Below, one piece after another: positions 26,324 through 39,550 of a stretch of 64,000 bases of DNA; within the stretch, counting starts at the first letter, position 1, and every line of letters begins with the position of its first letter. Source of the stretch: Squalus acanthias (Eukaryota); contig CM059432.1 in NCBI GenBank assembly GCA_030390025.1, forward strand, positions 46,812,001 through 46,876,000. Direction: 5' to 3'. A program made the translations under genes and the position numbers. Below the pieces are notes generated by a model. It searched no databases, had not been told where the DNA came from, and was given only the letters and a program-made list of their open reading frames with translations.

Positions 26324-27566
26324 CTATTCAAATCTGGCCAGGATAAGTGCATGCCTTGCATCATGGGCAGCCATGTGCTCGCGTGCTGCCACTGCTGCTG
26401 GTCGATAGGCCGGCACTCGGTCCTCCTCCTGCTCCTCCTCCTCATCCTCCTCCTCCTCATCCTTATCTGAGGAGGCTATGAACTGAGCCACTTGCTCATC
26501 AGGAAGCTGCAAGCCACGAAGCTGTGCCATGTTGTGCAGTGCACAGCAGACCACAACCATTCTGGAGACCCTGGCTGCTGAATACTGCAGGACTCCACCT
26601 GATCTGTCAAGGCATCAGAATCACATCTTCAACAAGCCAATGGTTTGCTCGATGATGGACCTGGTCAAAGTGTGGCTGGCGTTGTAGTGCTCTTCAGCCT
26701 CGTTAGCTGGCCTCCTGATCGGCGTCATCAGCCACTTCTTTAGGGGGTAGCCCTTGTCACCAAGGAGCCATCCGTTAAGTTGGTTTGGCGGATTGAAGAG
26801 CGGAGGAACACTAGAGTTCTGCAGGATGAAAGAGTCATGGCAACTACCACAGAACTTGGCGCAAACATGCAAAATCTCCTTCTTGTGGTTGCACAACAGT
26901 TGTACGTTGAGGGAGTGGAAGCCCTTGCGGTTGACAAAGATAGCTGGGTTGTGATGGGGTGCCCTAAGGGCCACGTGTGCAGTCTATGACGCCCTGCACC
27001 ATTGGCAAGCCTGCCATATTTTCAAAGCCAACTGAGCGCGCGGTTACGCTTGCTTGATCCCTTGAGAAGTGGATGTAATTGTGGGCCTTTGCGAAAAGGG
27101 CATCGGTAACCTGCGTGATGCAACTGGGACGGCCGACTGGGAGATGCCGCTGATGTCTGCTGATGATCCCTGGAAGGAGCCCGAGGCAAAAAAGTTCAGT
27201 GCGGTGGTGACTTTGACAGCCACTGGTAAAGGGTGTCCACACGCTCCTCTGGGCTCCAGGTGTTGGTGCAGCAGTCCGCAGATGTCTCTGACAACCTCTC
27301 GCAAATGTCTCAGCCTCCTTTGGCACTGCTGCTCACTCATGTTGAGGTAGCTCATCCTCTGTCTGTAAACCCTGAGAGGGGGGCTATCTCTTGCGGCGAG
27401 GTGCTTCGATGCGCTGGTGCCTTCTGCCCAGTGCAGCATCAGGTGGATGAGCAGGAGGTTGGGGCTCCTGCTGCTGTTGCTGCTGAGCTGCCTGGTTCTG
27501 CTGCTGCCGTGGCTGCTCCTCATCCGAATCTGAGCTCCATGGTGAAAGGAAATAAATGGTTTCCAT
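26324..27566 (-). pseudogene. Harbinger transposase pseudogene
   Basis: [67 protein letters not shown]. Frameshifted. Confidence 0.93.
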
Positions 27567-28276
27567 GCTGCTGGCAGATACCTCCGTTGGGGAAGCGCTC
27601 AGTCCAAGCGGGGAGAGGGTCTTCCAAGAAGGTCCCACAGTTGAGAGAATCATAGAATCATAGAAAGTTACAGCATGGAAGGAGGCCATTTCGGCCCATC
27701 GTGTCCGCGCCGGCCAACAAAGAGCTATCCAGCCTAATCCCACTTCCCAGCTCTTGGTCCGTAGCCCTGTAGGTTAGAGCATCCCAAGTGCATATCCAAG
27801 TACTTTTTAAATGTGGTTAGGGTTCCTGCCTCTACCATCCTTTCAGGCAGTGAGTTCCAGACCCCCACAACCCTCTGGGTGAAGAAATTTCCCCTCAAAT
27901 CCCCTCTAAACCATCCACCAATTACTTTAAATTTGTGCCCTCTGGTTTTTGACCCCTCTGCTAAGGGAAATAGGTCCTTTCTATCCACTTTATCTCTGCC
28001 CCTCATAATTTTATACACCTCAATAAGGTCTCCCCTCAGCCTCCTCTGTTCCAAGGAAAACAGACCCAGCCTATCCAGTCTTTCCTCATAGCTAAGATTC
28101 TCTACTCCCGGCAACATCCTTGTAAATCTCCTCTGTACCCTCTCTCGTGCAATCACATCTTTCCTGTAATGTGGTGACCAGAACTGCACGCAGTACTCTA
28201 GCTGAGGCCTAACTAGTGTTTTATACAGTTCAAGCATAACCCCCCTGCTCTTGTATTCTATGCCACGGCTAATAAA

Positions 28277-28475
28277 TCTGAGAAGTCGCCCAACACCAGG
28301 TTACAGTCCAACAGTTTTATTTGAAATCACAAGCTTTCGGAGCGCTGCTCCTTCACCTGACGAAGGAGCAGCGCTCCGAAAGCTTGTGATTTCAAATAAA
28401 ACTGTTGGACTATAACCTGGTGTTGTGCGACTTCTCACATTTGTCCACCCCAGTCCAACACCGGCATCTCCACAT
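28277..28475 (+). mobile_element. Fold-back Penelope-like mini-insertion
   Basis: Inverted arms of about 77 bp plus a unique tail of about 38 nt. 13-bp TSD cacggctaataaa (28264-28276 and 28476-28488). Homologous to 5719-5800. Confidence 0.9.
28353..28389 (+). ncRNA. Minimal type I hammerhead ribozyme motif with intact core
   Basis: TCAC-CTGACGA-A-GGAGC-AGC-GCTCC-GAAA-GC-TT-GTGA. Palindromic AGCT stem III; predicted cleavage after CUU (28385). Confidence 0.78.
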
Positions 28476-31400
28476 CACGGCTAATAAAGGCAAGCATTCT
28501 GTATGCCATCTTGACCACCTTATCTACCTGGCCTGCTACCTTCAGGGATCTGTGGACATGCACTCCAAGGTCCCTTTGTTCCTCTACACTACTCAGCGTC
28601 CTACCATTTAATGTGTATTCCCTTTCCTTGTTAGCCCTCCTCAAATGCATTACCTCAAACTTCTCCGGATTGAATTCCATTTGCCACTGTTCTGCCCACC
28701 TGACCAATTTATTGATGTCTTCCTACAGTCTACAGCTTCCTTCTTCAGTATCAACCACACAGCCGATTTTAGTATCATCTGCAAATTTCTTAATCATACC
28801 CCCTATATTCAAGTCTAGTTCATTGATATATACCACAAAAAGCAAGGGACCTAGTACTGAGCCCTGCGGAACCCCACTGGAAACAGCCTTCCAGTCACAA
28901 AAACACCCATCAACCATTACCCTCTGCTTCCTGTCTCCGAGCCAGTTTTGAATCCAACTTGACACTTTGCTCTGGATCCCATGGGCTTTTAACTTCGTGA
29001 CCAGTCTGCCACGTGGAACCTTATCAAAAGCCTTGCTAAAGTCCATATACACTACATCAAACACACTACCCTCATCTACCCTCCTCATTACCTCCTCAAA
29101 AAATTCAATCAAGTTTGTCAGACACGACCTTCCCTTAACAAATCTGTGCTGACTATCCTTGATTAATCCGTGTCTTTCTAAATGAAGATTTATCCAGTCC
29201 TTCAGAATTCTTTCCAATAATTTTCCCACCACCAAGGTTAGGCTGACTGGCCTGTAATTACTCGGTCTATCCTTTTCTGCCTTTTTAAACAAGGGTACCA
29301 CATAAGCAGTCCTCCGGCACCACACCTGAAGCCAGAAAGGATTGAAAAATGATGGTCAGGGCCTCTGCTATTTCCTCTTTTGCTTCGCTTAACAGCCTGG
29401 GATGCATTTCATCCGGGCCTGGGGATTTATCCACTTTGAAAGCTGCTAAACCCCTAAATACTTCTTCTCTCACTATGTTTATTTCATCTAATATTTCACA
29501 CTCCTCCCCCTGATAGCAGAGATAGAAGTTGCAGCACCTCCGACTTTGGTAGGCCTGCTGACAGTGCTGAAAGACCTTTTGAACAAAAGTTCTGCCACCT
29601 GCAACTGACCCCTGATGAAAGCTACGTTTTAATGGTGGAGCTGTAGCTGTGAGGAGGCCACCCACTTGTCAACCCGCCAGGTTTAGCTGGTGTGGTTTAG
29701 GAGGGCCGTGGAACATGCTGAAACTGTGGTAAAATAACGAGGGCCTGTCAAAATAGGATTATAGAGGCCCTTAACTACTATTTAAGGGTCTTAACCACCT
29801 CTCTGGACTGCTGGAAGTGGGACCGAATCACACCCATCAAAACCGCCTCTGGCAAATTTGCGCGGAGGCGGGTTCCAAACCAGCACAGTTTTTGCCATTT
29901 TGCCAACTATCCCGCCTCCAAACCCGCCTCCTCGGGGCTGGGAAAATCGCCCCCTTTGTTATTTAACCCCTTTCAAGCCTATTCCCACCTCTATCATTTA
30001 ATCTCGAATCAGTGAGAAGGAAGACAAAAAATAGCAACAAGATGGCCTAGACAAGCAGGAGGGTGAAGCACATTCTGCAGCTGCTAGAACCATTCATCAG
30101 CCTCTCATTGACAAGACCCTATCCAGCCATTGCATCAACAGTCATTCTCTACATCTTCTCCATGTCTTTAAGAAATATTCCTTCATCTACCCTTCTACAC
30201 ACTGCCAAAGATCCCATTTGTGTCACCTGCGGATATATTATCTAACACCATAACAAGAACACTTTCTGGATATAGTACAATTTCATAGCCACCAAATTGT
30301 ATTACCCTAAATGTGATGCATGTGTCTTCCTAGTGTTAAGCACCCTTGTCCTATACAACCTAGTACTTCTTCTATGTGCTCCCCCACTGCAGGAGTATGT
30401 GAGGTGGCTGGCTGCTATGTGTCGATCAAAGGGTGTTGTGATTAGCCTTGGCCTCTCTGAGATAAGTCTTCACATGGCCCAGCTTGTGGCACTACCATTT
30501 CTGCAGTTGCGTAGGTGGCCTGCCCATGCTTATTTCTGGATGTGTTGTTATCCTGAGAGACAGCACCATCATCCATGCCCAGTCCACCCTTGCATCTGCC
30601 TCTGGACATTGTCTCACCATGCCAATTGATTGCATGACAGCAGACTTAATGACTGCAATTAAATTGTTGAAGCCTAATTAACAGTTTTCTCCATCCAATT
30701 CCCAAGCCTGCACAAGCAATATTAAAAAGCCTCTTACATTGTAGCCAAAGGCCTCTATGGCAGCAGACTGAACATTCATGACATATGTTTCAAGTGGCCT
30801 TAGGGATTCTGCCATGGAAGGCTCCACTGCAGATGTTGGAGTGCAGTGTTGGGATCATCAATAATGCGCATATCCGAGTAGTAGACTCCTCCACACTAGG
30901 TATTATTTGTTGAAAGTTGCTTGGCAAGGCCTCTAAAGCAGCAATCTTTGATAACCAGAAAACATTCTTCTTTTAAAAATAGGTTGCCTGAGATTCAAAT
31001 CCATGATCTCATAATGCAGAATGGGTGCAAGCTGATCATCCGCTTCCACCAAGTGGATTCTGCCCACTTGAAGTCTGTATAACATACTGTCCACCTCTTG
31101 CTAATGGGAGAGCAAAGTAACGCCTACATAAGGCTGTCTTTGAACACTTCCCAGCTGGAGGGATGTTCTCAGTCTCTCTCTCAGATGCAACTCCTTCCTG
31201 GCAGTTAGCCCCTACTATATAGCCCAGCAGCTCTTTTCAGTAGTAAACGAGTAGTAATTTTTGGTATGATAATTAATGATAATTGTTTCACGACATTTAA
31301 GTGGAATGGGAGCAAATTGTAAAAACGTACTGGAAAGCCAGCAATAGTTACATAATTTAAAAAATCTGCTTATAATTAGAAGAACTATTTTTTTGAACTT

Positions 31401-32573
31401 TTTTTTCTTTTAGGTTGACTTGATCTAATTAAGACTGCCAGAAAACTGTAACTAAAATATTTCAAAGAGAGGAATTAATCATATGGTAAATTTTAAGAAT
31501 TAGCCCTCTCTGTGCAGAGCTTCACATGATGGGAGTTCATGTCGGGATTTCAGATGCAGAGGTCAGTTCATCTTGCAGAATTTCCAGCCATTATTTTACA
31601 TATCAAGAATTTAGGCAGAAGAGTTCAGTGCACCCTGAATAATTTTCTGTCCATTAAAGCTTCATAATGCAAAGTACTGCACCGACAGCATTAATTTGGT
31701 AAATTTATCTCTCTGTGTGTTTATTTTAAATTGCACAGATAATTTTAGGTTTCCTTTATTTTAGAAAACCAAAAAAAAGATTGACTAAATTATCATCACC
31801 GCTTTAGTATCTTAAATGTCTATTAATTCATAATAGTAGCATGCCTACTGAAGCAGATTTAGGGAGGGGATTCCGTGCAAACTGCCAAATGCTGGAAATG
31901 CATAAAATAAAGTGTAAAAAATCTCATATTTCCTGGGGGTAATATAATGAATCTTGTGCATTCAACAGATATCTCTTATATTCAGTTATTACTTGACTTG
32001 TCCATTTCTGGGCTGTGCAAACATTTCTACTAGTTTTTTAGGTTGCCATGTATGCAGTTCACCACATGTTCTAGTCCTACTTCCAGTACTCCTGGAGGTC
32101 AAGAATGTTATGACAGCTTTACAATCCAACTAGGCTCAATCCCAGTCCTACTCCGCTTGTTAGTAGTGGGACAAGGAGCCATTATAGACTTGTCCAGGTT
32201 TCACTCCAGGCAGCAAGAAAGTGCATCTCTCAATACCGGCACAACCTAATGCCCTCCACAGCAAACATGGGCAAAAAAACCCTGGGACATCTGCCAAATG
32301 GAGCAAATGGTACACAGACTGCCTGGAACTAGGAAAACACTGGAAGATGTGGACACCTATCTCCATGCCTGTTCCCCAGAAACACCAAGCCCCATAAATG
32401 AAGAGATCCCAGGCATTGTCTGCATATATATCTGCATTGTCAGTGCAACCTACAAAACAACACATACTGTACTTTTTTACTCAGTTTCCTGTTGTCACCC
32501 GAGAAAGTATGTAAACTCTTGCATATTTAGATGTTAACTAGATAAAGTTATATATAATATAAATTATTCCTAC

Positions 32574-32692
32574 CATTTTTGAAGTTGAATCGAGCAAAGG
32601 ATCGTGAGACTGAGAGGTCACTGAGTGACCAAGCATCGTGTAAGGCCTGGCACAACCTTTCAGGATCATATAGAATGCCTGATTTCCAAATA
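32574..32692 (-). CDS. CNBD1: Coding exon of a cyclic nucleotide-binding domain-containing protein 1-like gene
   Basis: Acceptor ttgtgcAG and donor GTagg; 119 nt. Reads (V)FGNQAFYMILKGCARPYTMLGHSVTSQSHDPLLDSTSKM, phase-compatible with the 35700-35845 exon. Resembles my recollection of CNBD1 FYVILKGLARP. Confidence 0.82.
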
Positions 32693-33999
32693 CTGCACAA
32701 AATACAAACAATTTCTGATTAAGAAATAACTGTATGGCTTTACTGAACTTAGCATAAAGCTTTGCAGGTTATAGAGAAAAGAGAACCAAAATTCCTCAAG
32801 CGTTACTCTGGCAGGAGTCCAGCAGAATCCACTTGTGCCACAAAACAATTGTAACAAAATCTTCAGGGGTCCAAGCCAAGCCTCAGAGTCCCACTTCTGC
32901 TAGGCAGCAGGCTAGTATGCCTCTTTTCACCTGGCATATTGGATTGCCGGCAGATTGCTAAGCCAGAGCCAAGGAAACACCCCCTCTGACTAGGTACCTT
33001 GTTTGGGTTGGGTGGAGGTTCCACCCCAAAGAGAGCCCGGAGGGTAATGGCAGCGCAGGCCAAAAACATCGGCCTTCTGTCGCACTCCTGCCCAACTTAG
33101 GGCGTTGGAAGGCTCGAGGATATTCAAGGATGTAGTTTTTCTACTGATGTTATTGACTCAACTATTTTCCCTGCATTCTGGCCCTGAGATTGGCAAGATA
33201 TCAAACAACAATAGTTTCATTGGTATCATACACAAAACACAAGCAACAGTGGATTTTTTTTGCAAAACCCTGAATATTTTCAAAATTAAGGATAAAATGC
33301 AAACAGGTAGGCTTCCTGAGCTCCTGAAAAATATATTTTTGAAACAAATGTGGAGCACTGCAAATTTATAAATGACTTTGGTGAGCTATGGAAGAATATC
33401 ATACTGTTGTTAAAAGAGGGTAGTAAGTTTATCACAATATAAAGGATCACTACAGAGATTTTTAAATAAACATTCGGAATGCAAATTTTATTTTGAGTAT
33501 AATGTAATAAAAAGTGCAATAAAAAGATTTTTAAGTGTTGTTGTAAGCTTGGCAATTGTTGCCATATTGTTTGGAAGCTAAATGATAAGTTACTAAATGT
33601 TTTTGGAAGAATGCTTACCTACCCATTAAACCCTAATATTGATTTTTTTCAAGCATGTGTAAATGATGCAAACTTCAATTCACACAGCAGATTGGACAAT
33701 GCAACGCCAGTTCTAATTATGTAGTTCAGCACTACTTAAATGGCTTAATCAGCATTTAAACCACTGCATTTGTGCATGGCAGAGCACACCTGCAGCATTT
33801 TGAAATTGCTGACAAATGTAGAATCCCCAAGAAACACTTGCTTTGATAACAGAGTCAGAGCTCCTAATAGAAGTGCAGGATGGCGGAACTCATAACAGCA
33901 GAGAGGATCAATGCATAACACTGTGGTTTTGGATCCATGGGAGGAATGCACGTCATGCTTTTCTTTTGATAAATTTGAAAGAAAAGAGTGCCAGCACCT

Positions 34000-34480
34000 C
34001 ATAACTTTGCCAGCTCAGATACTGGCATTACGTATACTTTAGAGGATAGGCTAGAGGAGGGGTCTTTACATGGTTAATGACTGGCACAAGTGTGCAGGAG
34101 CTAGGGCAGGGGGATAAGATCCCACAGGTGCCAGCTTGCCAGAGGGTGATATCGCATACTAGTACTTCTACGGAAGACTCAGATGCAGACTTCGAGGGGC
34201 CCAGGCTGCCGAAGAAGGCTGATGGGCATACATCAGGAAATGCTAGGTGCACTGGACCTGCCAGCGAGCTTGCACACAATGGCTCAGAGCATGGAGATGT
34301 CCAGCTCCAACTCGTGTCAAGGATTTGCGCAAACCATTCTATCCAACGTGGGCCAAGTGATCAGCTCCATCAGCACAACAGTGGCACCCGCCATGATGGA
34401 GCCTCTGCTGACAGCTCTGATAGCTGTCATAGAAGCTCAGACGGCTGCCATCCATGGATCCAGAGATAACTTCAGCAGAT
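34000..34480 (+). pseudogene. Harbinger Myb-partner exon fragment
   Basis: RRRLMGIHQEMLGAL..MAQSMEMSSSN is homologous to ORF 10165-10596. Confidence 0.75.
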
Positions 34481-34584
34481 AATCTTGCCCAAGCTATTTT
34501 TTCACTGAAATAGTACTATTTATAGTTTAAAAATGGAGGGAGAATAATCAACAAAGATCCAAATACTGGGCTTACTGACATTCA

Positions 34585-35477
34585 GGGGTAAAAATTCAGT
34601 TGGTTGCGCCTCCCGTTAGCGCCTTAAGAGGGCACTAATGGGGCGCAAAGCCGCTAACGCCCGGGCGCAGCGATGTTTGCGCCGCTCGGGAACTTAACTA
34701 GAGATTGTGCGGCGGCGCTAAACCTTACCGCTGCGACCACCTGCGCACGCAGATTGTGACGTCATTCCATGGTGCAACGCCCTTGTGGCGCCTCGGAGTG
34801 GAAATTGAGTGGCGCCCCCTGCCTTACCGCCTGGCGCATCCAACGACCAGAAGACTGGAACGCTATCAATCGCTGTGGGGCTGGGGGGGGCGCTATTTAA
34901 AGGGGGCCTCTTCCTGTCTTTTATTGTTGGTGGCATTTTTGAACTACGCATTCTGAGAGAGAAAGGGAGAGACTTCTGGAGAGATTCAACGTTGTGTGAA
35001 GGAGTTTTGGGTACTGAGCAGCACTTTGCAGGTTCATTTTGATTTGCCATTCCTTGTATCGATTTAGCTGAGACTGTGGGAGCTGCACTCTGAGCTCTTT
35101 GCCTGGTACTCTCCATTGTTCTTTCCAGCACATTTGATGTGCAAGTCTCTCCAGGCCGAGATTCAAGGCTGCAATGAACAGGATGTGGATGGAAAGCAAG
35201 ATTAACCATCCCCTTTAAGAACTGGCCCGTGCCATTGTGTGTGTGTTCCATTGCTGACTGACATTACATGAGCTTCGCCAGCGCTCTGAGTTAGCGCCTC
35301 ACTCCTTGGCCTTTGCGCCTTAAGACAGGTGTGCAGCGCCTGCTTTAGCGCTCCACTCACCTCCCGGGGCGGTAAAAGTGAAGTTTCCAGTCAGTGCCGA
35401 TAATTAGCGCCAGGCGCTAATATTTGCGTCCAGACAATATTTGCGCCCCAAATGGGGCGCGACCTAATTTCTACCCC
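34585..35477. mobile_element. Harbinger-type non-autonomous element (MITE)
   Basis: TIR ggggtaaaaatt / aatttctacccc, TSD TCA. Same family as 62173-62856. Confidence 0.85.
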
Positions 35478-35699
35478 TCAGTTTGTTCACTCATCGCTAT
35501 ATTTATGACCTATTTTATGGCAATTGTTTTGTGAACTGGATTAGTCGCATAAAAAAGGTAGTAAGATAGTTGAATCTGGAAAATTTGAACCATGTACATT
35601 TATGCCTACTTCAGTATATGGAATAAAAAACAAACACATAAAAATTGTCAATTCAAAATTAGTATATTACAAACATACAAGCAAGGTACAAAGAGATAC

Positions 35700-35845
35700 C
35701 TGTGGAACCTATCTCCCATGATTCCATGATCATCTGTTCACTGAGTTGTTTCAGCTCCTGGTCTGTAAACTGTGCATCGATTTCTGGAAACATCTTCAGT
35801 ATTTTATAAGTATTCAGACGCTCGGAGCGTGTTCTGTGAAAAGGG
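35700..35845 (-). CDS. CNBD1: Coding exon of a CNBD1-like gene
   Basis: Pyrimidine tract with tttgtAG acceptor and GTatc donor; 146 nt. Reads PFHRTRSERLNTYKILKMFPEIDAQFTDQELKQLSEQMIMESWEIGST. Resembles my recollection of CNBD1 PIHRT..LKTIP..LKTLS..ETWLKGST. Confidence 0.85.
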
Positions 35846-37001
35846 CTACAAAGAAGATTGAAAAGCATGTGAGAAGACAATAATCCGATCTGTCTTTGCA
35901 AATAGATGGCACCTTTGCTTTATCTCTTTCGTTTGTTTTTTTGGATTACTCAGAAAATCTCAACATGTAGCTGTACCTCAGTCACAGACAAGGCTAAACA
36001 CACATTTTCTTCAATCAATTGTACAAATGTCTCTAATAAATTGCAGTGAATATAAGATTAGGCTGCTTTTTCTCTGAGACATTTTCAACCACAACAAATA
36101 CTTAGCTGAATAAACAGCATTCCCTAGCTCTTCAGATTTCAATAAAAGATGGAACATGCTTTTATAAAGAAGTTCTTTTTATAAATTGAGAAAACAAGGT
36201 GAAGGAGCAAAGCATTCAGTCATAAGGGTCAAGTCTCCAGTTGTGTGCTCAGACAAGAATCCAGCAGATAGACCAAATGCTGGCAATGCTATGCTTTGAA
36301 TTCCCCACCAAAATGTTTTAAAGTTTTTGGAAGCTTTGTTGAGAGCTTGTGCCGGTCTTATTAAACCCCCTAATATAATGCAAATGTATTTATATGGGTC
36401 TCCATGGCCCTAAAATTTGTGGACTTTCACAAATGCAGGTAAGCAGGACCCCATCTACCCATGCCTGAAGTTGCTAACTTCATCCCAAATTGCAGCGGCA
36501 GGGTAATTGAATGGCCAGGGCACGTGCATTGTGCTTGATATGATCCAAAGAAGCTTTTACCTGTTGCAATCGTCTGGTCTCAATGAAGCATATGAAGCTC
36601 TTGGGGAAGGGATTGCCTTTCTCTAAAGATCTGGGGCTCTCTTAAGGCCCTCAGCTGGCATGAGCTGCTCTGAAGCCTTTTAAGAGTAGAATTTCCCATA
36701 GGAGCCCAGAACTCCCTAGAAATACCCCCTTGACATTGGGTGGGTATGAGGTGGAAGATCTGTTCATGGCCCTCCCACCAGAATTTAAAGGTCTGGTGTA
36801 GACAGGGCAGAGGCCTGGCATAACCAAATTCTTTCCTAAATTCCTGCCCCCCGGACAGAAAGCGTCCTTTCCACCTTCCTGCAGCCTAGGAATTTCCAGG
36901 GCAATTTGTTTCCTATCCTCTACTCTTGTAGCATTCTTGACTGTATAAATGAGGTGATTCTGGGCTTCCATGCTGATTGTTTGAAAAATTGGATTCTTAA
37001 T

Positions 37002-37764
37002 GGCCCTGAATTTGCGGTCGGAGGCTTCCCGTGGGGAAATGCCTCCGATCCTCAAATAAAATCCACGCTTACCTGGTGGTCCGGGAGGTACAGAGACTCA
37101 CGGTCCTAGGCCTCTCCGGGTGCCCGTGGGAAGAGGCCCACGTATCCCGGGCGCAGGCGGATCGCAAGCGCCCCGGGATCACATGGGCCGGCCCAACGAA
37201 TGACAGAAGGGAATCCCCATTCATGCTTATGGAGATTCCGTATGTACGGAAACCTCATAAGCATGAATGAAAATACCCCAAAAAATACATCTACACTTCA
37301 AATTAATTTTTTTTAATTACTTATTTATAATTAATTAAAATGGCATTTAATTAAATAATTAAAACAAAAATGTAATGTTTTGAAAAATAAATTTACATGT
37401 TTTAAAGGGGCTAAAAATAAACGTGCCTTATTTCACAGGTTTTTAAATGTATAAATTACTGATAAAATTTTATTTTTCTGTTTTTTAAAACTCTTGAGAG
37501 GTAAAAGCAGGCCTTATGCCTGCTTTTACCAGGCTTAAGAATTTCACAGATATTCGCTGAGCAGAAGTTGGGCAAATAGCCCGACTCTCCGCCCACGGAT
37601 GTCCATTTCCCAGGGATGCAGATGAGCCCTCAAAAAAATTCTTGACAGATTGCAAGTTCCGGGTTTTAGCACATGCGCAGCGCATGCCTAAACCCGGAAC
37701 TTGCGCAGCCCTTACGGGCGCATACACCCTCGTACGCACCTGTAGGGGCTGCAAATTACGGCCC
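37002..37764. mobile_element. Harbinger-type MITE
   Basis: TIR ggccctgaatttgc / gcaaattacggccc, TSD AAT. Confidence 0.85.
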
Positions 37765-37959
37765 AATGCTGGGACTGACTGACCGTTGATGGTTTGCAAC
37801 TTGGTTCATTTCATACTACTGTTGCTGCATTATTAGTTTTGCATTACTTCCTTCAGCTGTTTGCTGCTGCATTTTTCAGCATAGAATTTCTTTTGCATAA
37901 ACCCAGAGCCACACCTGCCAGCAGTTGCAAACCTTAGCTAAAACCACAGTGATTAGCCT

Positions 37960-38310
37960 GGGTATTCCATTGGGCATTCCAATGGCAGTTAAGGGCTTGG
38001 AGGAGAAAGAGGAGTTCAAGCAAGGGAAAGAAAGGCAGGTGTGCTTGTATATCAGGAGTTGGGTGCTCATTCAGAATAGGCCCAGGAACGAAGTTTTCAA
38101 ACCCAGGCACACCTATGTTGCCATGTCTGAGGAAACCTGCCTTCATTGTCTCTGCTTTATGACAGAGATTGTCACCAAGTTTGCCATCCACTGGAGCCTC
38201 ACTCACAATGATCTAGCATATTGACAGCGTTGCTCATTGTTGGGAAGATCACCACAGCATTGAACTTTTACACAACCGGATACTTTCACGCAACTATTGA
38301 TGACATTTGT
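37960..38310 (+). pseudogene. Harbinger transposase N-terminal fragment
   Basis: VFKPRHTYVAMSEETCLHCLCF..KITTALNFYTTGYF. Confidence 0.7.
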
Positions 38311-39550
38311 TAGATTAAAATGGGCCTCCCTCCGACAACAGCAAGGGGGCTTGCTGCCTGCCTGTTTCCTGTCCAGGGTTAAAATCAGGGCTATTATTAC
38401 GCATCAAGAATCAGTAACATATTTTGTACTGTGATGTAATTAATGCGCTAGGTATACTACACAAAGTACTTTAGTATCAAGGTCCTTTTGGGTTTGCACA
38501 ATAGACAAAATCTTCTGAGACCCCATCCCATTGGCTGGGCCCTGTCTACAGCAGGCAGTTTGTCAGAAAATTGCAAGTGCACCGACCACATTTCCCATTC
38601 ACTTAAATCATTGCACCAGTCTACGCTGAATTCAAACGCAGGTTCCAGAGGTGAAAGACAGTGTACAAAACTACTGCAATAACTGTCCTGCATTTAATTT
38701 AAAAGCAGTACTGGCTATATTTTTCTTTGAAATCCTTGGAAGTTTTGATACTGACATTCTTGTATTTATTTTCTATTCAGGATGTTCCTATTTCTATTGT
38801 TTCCCAGAGAGTAAGTAAAAAATGCTATGCTCTTGAATTTGAAGGTAACTTGAGGACTTCCTGGTAACTGTTGTTAGTTTTAAGCCTTGCTCAGAAGTTG
38901 CAGCTGATAAAACTGGCGATAATTATGCACAGTGTGTAATCTAAACAGAAGGACTTAATGTGACAAAATCTACATAAAATTCACACCAGGGTTAACGTGC
39001 TTTCTACAAATGTACTATAAACAACAACATTGGCAACTTATCCAGAACAAGAAAAACAAAATGTCCTTACAGAACTATGCTAACGATTAGGTCTTAATTT
39101 TACACATCATTGTATTGTGCTCGTAAAAAATGCAAGTAGCACAGAAATAAATTGGTTAAGTTTCATTTAATTGTGTTGTTTAGGCTGCCTTTTATGACAG
39201 AATGAGATGGCATAGATAAATTAGCTGATGCCTCGACATGGTCTGATTGGGTTATTATTTATGAAACCAATTATATTGAAAGAATTTACAGAGCTTCTCA
39301 GATCATATGTCAGCAAGCACACAGCTGTGAATGGATGAATCCTTATTTATATACAACTCATCATATTCCAAGCTATCGCTAGCTATCCCAATCATGGTTA
39401 AAGATATAACAATGTGATTTGTTTACTGAAAAAGGAGCTCTCACAATATCAAAGAGTACCTCGGTAATGAAACATGTCATCCTAACAACTTTAATAAATC
39501 ATTGGCACTTGTAAATAAAGCCAGGCAGAGCCAACAACAGCAGAGTCAAT

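Larger units (their letters stand above)
27645..29515 (-). mobile_element. CR1 LINE (RT to 3' tail) inserted upstream of the Harbinger transposase
   Basis: ORFs 28723-29325 and 27734-28237. Tail (ctatgatt)n at 27645-27665. Confidence 0.95.
24071..29954. mobile_element. Composite Harbinger: two related copies fused in inverted orientation, with nested CR1 and Penelope-like insertions
   Basis: Ends gggctcgatttt and aaaatcgccccc. Internal orientation switch at about 25238. Confidence 0.8.

Noticed and set aside
28277..28440. Long hairpin as a miRNA precursor, terminator or CRISPR-like repeat
   Set aside because: The TSD and homology to the GIY-YIG-linked terminus at 5719-5800 explain it as Penelope-derived. 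There is no spacer array.
30000..32460. Faint Harbinger-like remnants and a search for a further CNBD1 exon
   Set aside because: Motifs were too eroded to bound, and no open exon with suitable splice sites and similarity was found.
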